A DNA stretch of 64,000 nt from an uncultured Desulfobacteraceae bacterium (GTDB lineage Bacteria > Desulfobacterota > DSM-4660 > Desulfatiglandales > HGW-15). Below the pieces are notes generated by a model that was given only the letters and a program-made list of their open reading frames with translations, was not told the DNA's origin and did not search any database. Positions 35,207-44,390 of this stretch are shown here, one piece after another; the stretch's first letter is position 1, and each line of letters opens with the position of its first letter. The position numbers and the translations under genes are program-made. The stretch is from the NCBI GenBank assembly GCA_964520425.1, contig CAZFMX010000001.1:48764-112763 (forward strand). The letters run 5' to 3'.

Positions 35207-36157
35207 ATGGAAACCCTCATAAAAATCGGTATCAGTCGATGTCTGCTTGGCGATAGAGTTCGTTATGACGGGGGCCACAAGAAAGATCCCTTCCTGACAG
35301 ATACTCTTTCGATGTATGTGGACTATATTCCTGTCTGCCCCGAGGTCGAGGCCGGCTTTCCCATACCTCGCGAAGCATTCCGGTTGGTGGGAGATTCGGA
35401 AAATCCTGTCATGATCACTTCAAAGACCAGAAAGGATGTCACGAATGTCATGAAAAAATGGGCTCAAAAGCGGGTCAGAGAACTTGAAAAAGAGTCCCTT
35501 TGCGGTTTTATTTTTAAAAAGGACTCTCCCAGTAGCGGCATGGAAAGGGTTAAGGTCTACAATGATAAAGGCATGGCGTATAAAAAAGGAGTCGGCATAT
35601 TCGCCGGAATCTTCATGAACCATTTCCCTCTTGTCCCTGTTGAAGAGGAGGGAAGACTCCACGATCCGATATTGCGGGAGAATTTTATAGAAAGGATCTT
35701 CTCTCTCAAGAGTTGGAGGGAGACTTTGAGTCTGAGAAAGAGTATGGTCAATATGATAGACTTTCACACTCGACATAAACTTCTGATCATGGCTCACAGT
35801 GTGAAGCATTACGAGCTGATGGGCCGCCTTGTCGCCGTTGGTAAAAAACGTCTGTTATCCGAAGTATATCATGAATACGAAGCATTATTGATGGAATCTC
35901 TTAAACTCAAGGCTACCGTGAAAAAGAATACCAATGTCCTGCAACATATGATGGGATATTTCAAAAGAGACCTTTCCACACACGAAAAAAAAGAATTGAA
36001 TGACATCATTGATCAGTACCGCAGGGAGTATATTCCATTAGTCGTACCAATCACGCTGATTAATCACTATGTGAACAAATATAGGCAGGAATACCTTCGC
36101 AAACAGGTTTACCTGAACCCCCATCCCATCGCTCTAAAACTCAGAAACCATTCATGA
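35207..36157 (+). CDS. DUF523 (TudS-like) - DUF1722 fusion protein
   Basis: IGISRCLLGDRVRYDGG...PVCPEVEAGFPIPRE is the DUF523 Cys motif. The C-terminal half resembles YbgA/DUF1722. GAAGGAG RBS precedes ATG 35207. Confidence 0.7.
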   Translation: METLIKIGISRCLLGDRVRYDGGHKKDPFLTDTLSMYVDYIPVCPEVEAGFPIPREAFRLVGDSENPVMITSKTRKDVTNVMKKWAQKRVRELEKESLCGFIFKKDSPSSGMERVKVYNDKGMAYKKGVGIFAGIFMNHFPLVPVEEEGRLHDPILRENFIERIFSLKSWRETLSLRKSMVNMIDFHTRHKLLIMAHSVKHYELMGRLVAVGKKRLLSEVYHEYEALLMESLKLKATVKKNTNVLQHMMGYFKRDLSTHEKKELNDIIDQYRREYIPLVVPITLINHYVNKYRQEYLRKQVYLNPHPIALKLRNHS

Positions 36158-37213
36158 CTGTTCCTGAATAATTCCATCTCTCAAGGACTTTGAAGATGGC
36201 ACTGGTATGGGTGAACAGTAGTCTTTTTCAGGGTTATACATAAGTCTGTATGAAACCCCTCTGATCCCTTCTTTATTCATATGATCCCAACCCCTTACAT
36301 AATACCGGCAGCTGTCGTTAAAACATATATACATAAAATCATTATCCCAAGTGCACGAAAAAGGATTATCAGGAACAGCCCATTTTTTCATTTTTTCTCC
36401 ACAATAGGGACATTTCAGGGTTTCTTTTACTCTCTTCTTTTTTCTTTCAACTTCTTCAGGTATCAACGCATCAACATACTCATTTATAATCGCAGGCCTT
36501 TTCACCCTTAAAAAATTCCTCCCTTTTTTATCGGAATAAACGGCATAAATAGGATCACTGGGCAAACCGGTTTCCGCGTACTTATCGTCTTTTGGACGGG
36601 GTCTTCCCTTTGACACAAAAACTGATGGGTTTTCAAAGATCCCAGCCTCATCAAAAAACTCCTGAACCAGAATCACTCTTTCGTCTTCACTTGATTCCCG
36701 CCAAACCTTTACAGCCTTTTCAGGGAACATTCTATTGGAAAAGATCACAAGAAAAAGTCCACCCGGTTTTAAGACTCTTCCAACTTCCCTAAAGAGATCT
36801 ATGGGGCGTGTTATATAATCAATTGATACAGTATTTAAAACAATATCGAAGTATTCGGACTGAAAAGGAAGGTGAAATTCATGATTGATATCATGCAAAA
36901 CCCATTCTGTGAGGTCTTTATTTCTCTCAAGCTCGTTCCTGTTAAGCCCGAGACCGACGACCTTGGCAGGAGTCAGAGTTCCGGGAATGTGTGAATTCCA
37001 CCCTGCCATTAGATCCAAAATAACAGGTTCTTCTTCGATTACTAATGAACCGATGATTTTTTCAACAGTTGATAAAGCGAGCGAATCAAGGTGATTCACA
37101 AATCTGTCTAGGGAATAAAATATCATATCATCCTCCTCGTTTTCTCGCGTAAAAGCATCTTTGCGATGGATCGGATTGATATTCCTGTATATTCTTTTTT
37201 CTTGAGTATCCAT
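36152..37213 (-). CDS. class I SAM-dependent methyltransferase with C-terminal zinc-ribbon-like domain
   Basis: ILDLMAGWNSH and VLKPGGLFLVIFSN (Methyltransf_11-like). C-terminal CPYCGEKM...CFNDSCRYY. AAGGAGG RBS precedes the MDTQEK start. Confidence 0.7.
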   Translation of the reverse strand: MDTQEKRIYRNINPIHRKDAFTRENEEDDMIFYSLDRFVNHLDSLALSTVEKIIGSLVIEEEPVILDLMAGWNSHIPGTLTPAKVVGLGLNRNELERNKDLTEWVLHDINHEFHLPFQSEYFDIVLNTVSIDYITRPIDLFREVGRVLKPGGLFLVIFSNRMFPEKAVKVWRESSEDERVILVQEFFDEAGIFENPSVFVSKGRPRPKDDKYAETGLPSDPIYAVYSDKKGRNFLRVKRPAIINEYVDALIPEEVERKKKRVKETLKCPYCGEKMKKWAVPDNPFSCTWDNDFMYICFNDSCRYYVRGWDHMNKEGIRGVSYRLMYNPEKDYCSPIPVPSSKSLRDGIIQEQS

Positions 37214-37463
37214 TTTCGCCTCCTTAATCGATGACAAAAAAGCCAGGATAAGATGATGATCTCAACCCGGCTCGTTGCCCCAGTCAATTGGGCAGGTTGT
37301 TTTGTTGCATTGTTTTAATAAAAAACTAAGAATTATAAGATGGTTGTCAACAATAGAGTTGTTGAAATTCACTTAATGAGACTTAAATTGTAAACATTCG
37401 ATGAACTGCAGATACGATATGACTCATTATGATGAGAATATGTTCGAGATAGGAGGATTCAAG

Positions 37464-37850
37464 ATGGACCTCAAAGCATACTTTGAAAATCATGAAGGCA
37501 AAGGCATCCTGGCTACATCAGACGATGCCGGTAAGGTTGATCTAGCCCTTTTTTCCAGGCCGCACGTGATGGATCCTGAGACCATCGCTTTTATCATGGC
37601 GGATCGCCTGACCCATCATAATCTGACTCTGAATGCAGGGGCGGCCTATATGTTTATGGAAAAAGGCGAAGGTTATAGAGGGGTGAGGCTTTTTTTGACC
37701 AAGATTCGTGAAGAACAGGACACAGATCTCCTTTATTCTCTGAGGAGTAAGAAATACCCCTCTGAAAAAGAGGAAGGAAAGACACGTTTTCTTGTTTTCT
37801 TCAGGGTTGAAAAGGTACTATCGCTTATCGGGGCAGGAGAGGATGAATAA
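37464..37850 (+). CDS. pyridoxamine 5'-phosphate oxidase-like FMN-binding split-barrel protein
   Basis: GILATSDDAGKVDLALFSRPHV...AAYMFMEKGEGYRGVRLFL pattern. AGGAGG RBS precedes ATG 37464. Confidence 0.55.
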   Translation: MDLKAYFENHEGKGILATSDDAGKVDLALFSRPHVMDPETIAFIMADRLTHHNLTLNAGAAYMFMEKGEGYRGVRLFLTKIREEQDTDLLYSLRSKKYPSEKEEGKTRFLVFFRVEKVLSLIGAGEDE

Positions 37851-38117
37851 TGCGTTGAAATGTCCTCGAGTCTTCTTAACCCACGATTTCTCATAGAAAG
37901 ACTATGGTACCCAAGGAGGGCTGTTCTAGCCAAAGAAGCCTGCCATTCAGTAAAAATTAAGGAAATAAACTCTTCAAATCAAGATCAGGCAGATCGTGGT
38001 CCAGCTTGTTCAGCAGGTGGCACTATCAGTAGAACAAGTACCGATAAGAGATTCGATATCACTCTAGCTCGGGTTGAGAAGAAAGGCTTGTATTGAGGGA
38101 GTGTGGTCGAAAGCACC

Positions 38118-38993
38118 TTAGTCATAAAAAACTTCGGATTCACCCACCTCTGCGACCCGATCCTCAAGGAGTTTGATGAGTAATTCACGTCTCACAAAGA
38201 ATGCGTCCACTTCTGCTTCACTCAGAAGGGACACCAGGGCTTCTCTCACTAATCCTTCGTCCATCTGCTTGAGGGCATTGTAGAGGTTCCTGGAGCATCG
38301 GGACACCTTTTCGGGCGTCGGGAGAGACTCATCCATGGCAAAGGAACGGGTGTGGTCGATAAACCAAAGGTTCCAATCTTTGTCAATGAGGATGTTGTTC
38401 TGATTTCGGTCAATATTGTTGATGAGGTTATCAAAGACCCGCATGTCGTGGGATTGCCGGTTCCAACTGGTGGCATCAGGGGGATCTGTACCCTTCCTTC
38501 TTCGGTCCACCTCTTTGGTGGTATTTTCCATCCAGAGCTGCACGGACCCTGACCTACCCTCAACCTCTCGATAGACTGTGGGCGGGATGTTGTTTAGACC
38601 GAGGATCTCGTTGATCTTGTATGCCGCCAGCTCGCTTTCATAGCTGTCACGAAAGTGCCTGTTTTGTCCGCCAAATGATGCTGAGTTGAAGTCCGGACGC
38701 TTAACCACGTTTTCCCAACGAAAAATACTGTTCACCCAGACTCCGTCTTTGTCCAACACGACTTTCTTGTACTTGTTAAGACCGTCCCTATGCGTTTTTG
38801 ATCGGGCCACCTCGGAATCGGTTAGAAACTTCTCCGCGTCTTTAAAACTCTCGAAGGGCAAAGGATCACCGGTAGGACCGACCCATGTATAATCATCTGC
38901 TGGTCGCGCGATTACGGAAGATGATATGGCATGACCGGGCAGAAGCGTGTAAAGTAACATGAGTCCGCATATTATAATGATGTTCTTTTTCAT
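38118..38993 (-). CDS. secreted PI3/PI4-kinase-like (protein-kinase-superfamily) protein
   Basis: Signal peptide MKKNIIIICGLMLLYTLLPGHA. Catalytic-loop-like IDRNQNNILID and activation-segment-like WFIDHTRSF (compare GDRHxxNILx and IDFGxxF). GGAGG RBS. Confidence 0.5.
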   Translation of the reverse strand: MKKNIIIICGLMLLYTLLPGHAISSSVIARPADDYTWVGPTGDPLPFESFKDAEKFLTDSEVARSKTHRDGLNKYKKVVLDKDGVWVNSIFRWENVVKRPDFNSASFGGQNRHFRDSYESELAAYKINEILGLNNIPPTVYREVEGRSGSVQLWMENTTKEVDRRRKGTDPPDATSWNRQSHDMRVFDNLINNIDRNQNNILIDKDWNLWFIDHTRSFAMDESLPTPEKVSRCSRNLYNALKQMDEGLVREALVSLLSEAEVDAFFVRRELLIKLLEDRVAEVGESEVFYD

Positions 38994-39513
38994 CTTATGA
39001 ATACCTCCTTTGGACCTGACGAAAGCGAAAAAGGCTGCTTGGAGTATCCAACACGGTAACTCTGCAGGAAATCCGGATTCGTTCCACGGCCATGATTAAG
39101 ATAGACCTAAAAAAAAGACCCCACCTCTTAAAACAAGAAACGGGATCTCAATAGCCTCCCCACAGTCAAGTGTGAGAGAATGGGCACTCAGCGCGCCCTT
39201 TGAAGCCATGAATCATCTACTTAGCGACAAGCCTGGACATTCTCCCCGTCCCTTAGGTCGAGTCGAAAACTTTTTCATTTAAACTGCTGTTCAATCCTCT
39301 GGATTGAACCGGACCATTCTGTCTTCAAATGGTTCCATTGTCACATGATACTAGATGGTAATCATTTCTTAAGATGAACTTATTTTAGCAAAAACAACGA
39401 ATTATGTCAATCTCTAGATTGATCAAAACTGCTCATACCTGGAGCCTCAATGACACGGTTTTCGCCAACAAGGATAAGCGTACTGAACACCATATGTAGT
39501 GGTTTCTTTTCCC

Positions 39514-39543
39514 TTGACATACATCCTCTTGGCCTCTTATACT
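39514..39543 (+). promoter_or_regulatory. sigma-70-type promoter candidate
   Basis: TTGACA (39514-39519), 18 nt spacer, TATACT (39538-39543). About 130 nt upstream of ATG 39676. Confidence 0.45.
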
Positions 39544-39675
39544 CGCTTGAGTCTAATAATAGCATTCTGAGAGAAGCATGCGGGGCGTAAGCACCGACCG
39601 CCGAAAAAGAAACGATCAAGAATAATCAAATATAGGTACCCATACGAACTGCCCTTCGGCCTGAGCGAGAGGAAA

Positions 39676-40335
39676 ATGAAAGACAAAGAGAAAAAGAGAA
39701 TTATTGATGGAATCATCAAAATTAATAATGAACTCGTAACAGAGAGGATCAACGAGATCTTCAGAACAAGACCGGAGTATTACCGGACCGAACTGGCCAT
39801 GTTAGGATTTGAATGGATTGATGATCACCCGGATGAAGTGGAAGAGGAAAACAATGCCATTCCTGAGAACAAAGATCAAGAGCTTCTTGTCGCCTATTTT
39901 GATGGAGAGGTTGAGTTTTCGGATGAAGTAATGGAAGTCTTCCTAAGAGAGAAATGGAGCGACAAACCCAATTATGCATTGCTCCGTCGATACTTCAGAC
40001 AAGGGAATGATCATTTGAAGATCCTCATCAACTACGGTCTTGAAATAGATCCGACCGACGATGGTTTTCTAAATGATCTTTCCCTGATTCATGAGTTTCA
40101 TCCCATGCTTGGGGAGTTGATAGAACGCTACACTGAAGCATGCAGAATTCAGGAAGACCTGGATTCCTTTAGTGAACTGGCTCAGGATTTCTTTTACAAT
40201 ACAACGCTTGATGGGTATGAGGCCTATAATGCCTTAAAAGAAATCTATAGCTCAGACACTCCAAAAGGAAAGATCATCGACTCTCTCGTTTACATGGAAG
40301 AGGCTTTGAGTGGACAACCCTATGTAGAGCATTAG
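39676..40335 (+). CDS. acidic cytoplasmic hypothetical protein
   Basis: 219 aa ORF with GAGAGGA RBS. No family recognised. Confidence 0.5.
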   Translation: MKDKEKKRIIDGIIKINNELVTERINEIFRTRPEYYRTELAMLGFEWIDDHPDEVEEENNAIPENKDQELLVAYFDGEVEFSDEVMEVFLREKWSDKPNYALLRRYFRQGNDHLKILINYGLEIDPTDDGFLNDLSLIHEFHPMLGELIERYTEACRIQEDLDSFSELAQDFFYNTTLDGYEAYNALKEIYSSDTPKGKIIDSLVYMEEALSGQPYVEH

Positions 40336-40587
40336 CCTCTCGATATTGCGTGTTGAGGGCAAAGCAGCGTGAGTAGTACACCAAGTACCCACCAGAGGTT
40401 CAAAAAATTGAACATGAAATTGGTTAACAAATTAAAGTAGTTATAAGACCTTGTGAATAAGCTACATTTTTCCGGTCAAAAGATTTGTACTTTAAAGATG
40501 AAGTAAAAAATAGGCCAGAAATCGTAATATCGAGGAATAGACAACAATACCCAATAGTTACAATTTCTTATCAAAGCATGTTTGTTT

Positions 40588-40603
40588 TGGCAAGAATCAT
40601 GCA
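40588..40603 (+). promoter_or_regulatory. sigma-54-like promoter candidate
   Basis: TGGCAAGAATCATGCA has the GG and GC cores at the correct 12 nt offset and matches the consensus at 14 of 16 positions. No protein-coding gene follows it. Confidence 0.35.
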
Positions 40604-40613
40604 GTAAATATAA

Positions 40614-40691
40614 ATGCCTTATGTAAGTGGAAGAATTGCTTTTTCCTCCTTTCTAAAGAAACCAATCTCTAAAGAGGTTGGTTTCTTTTTT
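40614..40691 (+). ncRNA. candidate small RNA (about 78 nt) with CCUCCU anti-Shine-Dalgarno-like stretch
   Basis: Bounded by the sigma-54-like promoter at 40588-40603 and the strong terminator at 40658-40691. Contains UUUUCCUCCUUUC (40641-40653). No RBS-preceded ORF. Confidence 0.25.
40658..40691 (+). terminator. rho-independent terminator
   Basis: GAAACCAATCTC-TAAA-GAGGTTGGTTTC forms a 12 bp stem (one G-U pair) followed by TTTTTT. It lies 320 nt downstream of the nearest upstream CDS. Confidence 0.75.
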
Positions 40692-41008
40692 CGTCCTCTA
40701 CTCTTCGGCAATCTCTATCAGACTTTGAAAATACACAGCCCGCCCCATTAAATTACGCTTCGCGAACCCGAAGGGATTTAACGGGGCAAGCGCATTCCCC
40801 GTTGCTTGTCCATCCTCCGTTGTCTTTTTTTATGCCGAGGTTTCCTTTGATGTTTGAACGGCTTTTGAAGCTGTCCAGATACTCAGCTTCCCAGACCGTC
40901 CGGTTTCCACGCTCATTTTCTGGTGGATTATGCGGCAGCCAAACCTATACTAAAGGTGAGGCTTCCAAAAGAAGATGTGATTTTTTATCGATCTGAAGCT
41001 GAGCCCTT

Positions 41009-41392
41009 TCATGCAATCATTCGACGTTCTTTGCCAATCCTCCGATCTGTACCACTCCGTTGTCCATGGCTCATATACCCCATGGGAACACCCTCCTCAG
41101 AATAGATCAGTATGACATCCTTGGCAGGGAGCTGAAAAGGAAGCTCCCCAATGTCGATCTTCCTCCTTCGGTCCTTGTTTTGTCTTCGATCCCTGCCATT
41201 TCGTCTCTCAAAATAGCTTTGAAGAAAAGCTGTTGCACTAGTCTTCTCATCTCTTTTGGGGTGCTCTTGTCCTAATTGGACATAGAAAACAGCCTGACAT
41301 CCTGAGCATTTAGCCCTCTTTCTGGTTTTGTAATCAGCTTCAGAACCATCAACCACATATACAGTGCTGCATTCGGGACAACGGACTCTCAT
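41009..41392 (-). CDS. MJ0042-type zinc-ribbon protein with Arg-rich DRR-repeat tail
   Basis: MRVRCPECSTVYVVD...KCSGCQAVFYV zinc ribbon. Repeated DRR motifs (GRDRRQNKDRRRK, GTDRRIGKERR). Confidence 0.6.
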   Translation of the reverse strand: MRVRCPECSTVYVVDGSEADYKTRKRAKCSGCQAVFYVQLGQEHPKRDEKTSATAFLQSYFERRNGRDRRQNKDRRRKIDIGELPFQLPAKDVILIYSEEGVPMGYMSHGQRSGTDRRIGKERRMIA

Positions 41393-41836
41393 TTAGATCC
41401 TCTCTTTTGCGGGCATCCGGAAGAAAATGCAATACTTTATTCTTCCCGAAGAAAGTCTAGAAAATCTTGCCTTGTGTGTCAAAAACAAAAACACTAAAAG
41501 ATGTTTTGGGCAAGGATCTTGGTCAGGTATCCCATTTCTCTCCTTCGGACGTGTAATGATAAATCATTGCGGAGCAATCGGGAAAACAAGTCTTAAGATA
41601 AGAAGGATAGACGCTAGGCCAAGGATTATCGTCAATAAAAACAGCCCTTTGAACCCATATATTATTGACTTCTTTCTGTCAGTTGATCTACCATCCGTGG
41701 AGTTTCCGGGGAAGGGTTGGCAGAAAAGGCATGGCATCTTGAAAAAGAGGAGAAGTATGACTAATCTGTGAGGAAATAAGTCTTCAAAAAAGGACGGCAA
41801 ATACTAAATACTTGCCCCATAGAGAAGGAGAATGAA

Positions 41837-42490
41837 ATGGAGAAACCCATAGAGCATTACTGGATGAAACGCTTGCAGGATCTCAAAGAGAGTCTGGAGC
41901 TCAATCATTTTGAGGTCTTTATAGCCGACAATCGGGCAGAGGCTCAGAAGATTGTAATGGAAGAGATTCTTCCCAAGACTGGTGCAAAGAGCGTCTCATG
42001 GGGAGGATCCATGACCTTCATGGACACAGGACTTTACCAGGTCCTCAAGGATAATCCGAAACTGGAGGTGCTGGATACCTTTAACAAGAATCTTCCCCGT
42101 GAGGAGAGTATGGAATTGCGTAGAAAAGCACTCCTCTGCGATCTTTTTGTTACGGGGACAAATGCTGTCACAGAAGATGGGCAACTTGTCAATCTGGACA
42201 TGATCGGCAATCGAGTCGGAGGCATTACCTTTGGACCCAAGCATGTCGTGATTCTTATGGGACGCAACAAGATCGTGGGCGATTTGGATACGGCGATGGA
42301 CCGTATTAAGGATTATGTAGCGCCTACCAATGCCATGAGGTTGGGTAAGGAGACCCCTTGTGTGAAGACCTCCTTTTGTGAAGAATGCAGCAGTCCCAGT
42401 CGAATCTGTAACATCTGGACCATCACGGAAAAGTGCTTTCCAAAGAGAAGAGTTAAAATCGTCCTGATTAACGAAGACATGGGGCTGTAG
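41837..42490 (+). CDS. LUD-domain (LutC/YkgG-like, DUF162) protein
   Basis: FVTGTNAVTEDGQLVNLDMIGNRVGGITFGPKHVVILMGRNKIV is typical of LUD-domain proteins. C-terminal Cys cluster CVKTSFCEECSSPSRIC. Confidence 0.7.
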   Translation: MEKPIEHYWMKRLQDLKESLELNHFEVFIADNRAEAQKIVMEEILPKTGAKSVSWGGSMTFMDTGLYQVLKDNPKLEVLDTFNKNLPREESMELRRKALLCDLFVTGTNAVTEDGQLVNLDMIGNRVGGITFGPKHVVILMGRNKIVGDLDTAMDRIKDYVAPTNAMRLGKETPCVKTSFCEECSSPSRICNIWTITEKCFPKRRVKIVLINEDMGL

Positions 42491-42589
42491 CACTGATCAT
42501 CGAGCACTGATCATTTGTCGTTGAACATTGATGAATAAAAAAATGGCTGAGGATCAATATAAATATTATAAAAAAGAGCAGAAAACAAC

Positions 42590-44386
42590 ATGTCAAAAAT
42601 TCGCAACTTTAGCATTATCGCTCATATCGATCATGGGAAATCAACCCTTGCCGATCGTTTGATCCAATACGCGGGACTGGTGAGTGATCGTCAGTTCCGC
42701 GATCAGATCCTGGACACCATGGACATTGAACGAGAAAGGGGAATCACCATCAAGAGCAATAGCATTACCCTCCCTTATACCGGCAAAGCGGGAGAAGAAT
42801 ATGTCCTCAACCTGATAGACACCCCCGGACATGTGGACTTCTCCTACGAGGTTTCCAGATCTCTCTCCTCTTGTGAAGGTGCGCTGCTTTTGGTAGACGC
42901 GGCCCAAGGCGTACAGGCACAAACCGTATCCAATGTCTATATGGCCATGGAGCATGATCTCACCATTATCCCCGTGATCAACAAGATCGATCTCCCGTCT
43001 GCGGATGTGGAGCGAACAAAGGAACAGATCGAAACCGAGCTGGGATTGGATTCGGAGTCGTGCATTCTCTGTTCAGCCAAAGAAGGAATTGGTATTGAAG
43101 AGATCCTTGAGGGAATCGTGGCACGTATCCCCGGACCTGATGGGAAAGAGGAAAGCCCTCTTAAGGCCCTGCTCTTTGACGCCTACTATGATTCTTTTCG
43201 GGGCGTCATTATCAGTTGCCGTCTGTTTGATGGTAGGGTCCGGACCGGAGACATCATTCGGTTTATGTCCAATGATGCCACCTATAAGGTAGAAGAAGTT
43301 GGGGCTTTTCGTCTTCGAAGAGAACCGAGGGATGGACTCTATGCCGGCGAGGTAGGCTATATCATCTCTGGTATCAAGACAGTGAGTGACACGAGCATCG
43401 GGGATACTATCACGCTGGACGTCCACCCCGCCTTAGTCCCTTTGCCCGGCTTCAAAGAGGTTAAACCAGTGGTTTTTTCATCTCTCTACCCTATTTCCTC
43501 TGACGATTATCCCTCCATCGTGGAGGCTCTCGAGAAATACAAGCTCAATGATGCGGCACTGGTCTATCAGAAGGATTCCTCTGCGGCTCTTGGACAGGGA
43601 TTCCGATGTGGATTCCTGGGTCTCCTTCATTTGGAGATCGTGCAAAAGAGGCTGGAGACGGAATACGATCAATCCTTTATCATGACAGTACCCAGTGTTC
43701 AGTATCAGTTCACTCTCCAGGACGGTACAACGGTTACAGTGGATAATCCACAGTACTATCCGGATCCCGGCTCTATCACAAGTACGGCAGAACCCTTTAT
43801 CAAGGCGAATATACTGATCCCTGAACGCTATATGGGGGCGGTGATGAAACTGTGCATAGGCCGTCGCGGGGTCAATTCCCGATTCAATTACCCTACGCCG
43901 GGTCGGATCGAGATATTTTTTGATATACCTCTGGCCGAAGTGATTGTTGATTTTTACGATGAGCTGAAGACCATCACCCAAGGGTATGGCTCATTTGATT
44001 ATGAGATGATCGGCTATCGCGAGAGCAACCTGGTAAAGCTGGACATCCTTGTCAATGGTGAACCCGTGGATGCACTCTCGATCATTGTTCACGCTGATCG
44101 CGCAAGGGAATGGGGCGTACGAATGTGTGACCGGCTCAAGGATGAGATCCCCAGACATCAGTTCAAGATCGCCATTCAAGGAGCCATAGGGGGAAAGATC
44201 ATCTCCCGTTCAACCATTTCCCCCTTTCGAAAGGATGTTACAGCCAAGTGCTATGGGGGTGATGTGACACGTAAGCGAAAACTTCTCGAAAAACAGAAGA
44301 AAGGGAAGAAGAGGATGAAGATGGTCGGCTCTGTGATGATCCCCCAAAACGCCTTTGTGGCTGTCTTGAAGTCTGACAAGGATTAA
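42590..44386 (+). CDS. lepA: elongation factor 4 (LepA)
   Basis: IRNFSIIAHIDHGKSTLADRL, DTPGHVDF, NKIDL, and the conserved LepA C-terminal domain. Confidence 0.97.
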   Translation: MSKIRNFSIIAHIDHGKSTLADRLIQYAGLVSDRQFRDQILDTMDIERERGITIKSNSITLPYTGKAGEEYVLNLIDTPGHVDFSYEVSRSLSSCEGALLLVDAAQGVQAQTVSNVYMAMEHDLTIIPVINKIDLPSADVERTKEQIETELGLDSESCILCSAKEGIGIEEILEGIVARIPGPDGKEESPLKALLFDAYYDSFRGVIISCRLFDGRVRTGDIIRFMSNDATYKVEEVGAFRLRREPRDGLYAGEVGYIISGIKTVSDTSIGDTITLDVHPALVPLPGFKEVKPVVFSSLYPISSDDYPSIVEALEKYKLNDAALVYQKDSSAALGQGFRCGFLGLLHLEIVQKRLETEYDQSFIMTVPSVQYQFTLQDGTTVTVDNPQYYPDPGSITSTAEPFIKANILIPERYMGAVMKLCIGRRGVNSRFNYPTPGRIEIFFDIPLAEVIVDFYDELKTITQGYGSFDYEMIGYRESNLVKLDILVNGEPVDALSIIVHADRAREWGVRMCDRLKDEIPRHQFKIAIQGAIGGKIISRSTISPFRKDVTAKCYGGDVTRKRKLLEKQKKGKKRMKMVGSVMIPQNAFVAVLKSDKD

Positions 44387-44390
44387 GCCC

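Noticed and set aside
41427-41800. Overlapping ORFs of 114 aa (+) and 78 aa (-) between the zinc-ribbon gene and the LUD gene.
   Set aside because: No RBS, no family resemblance, and mutually overlapping. The stretch is treated as intergenic.
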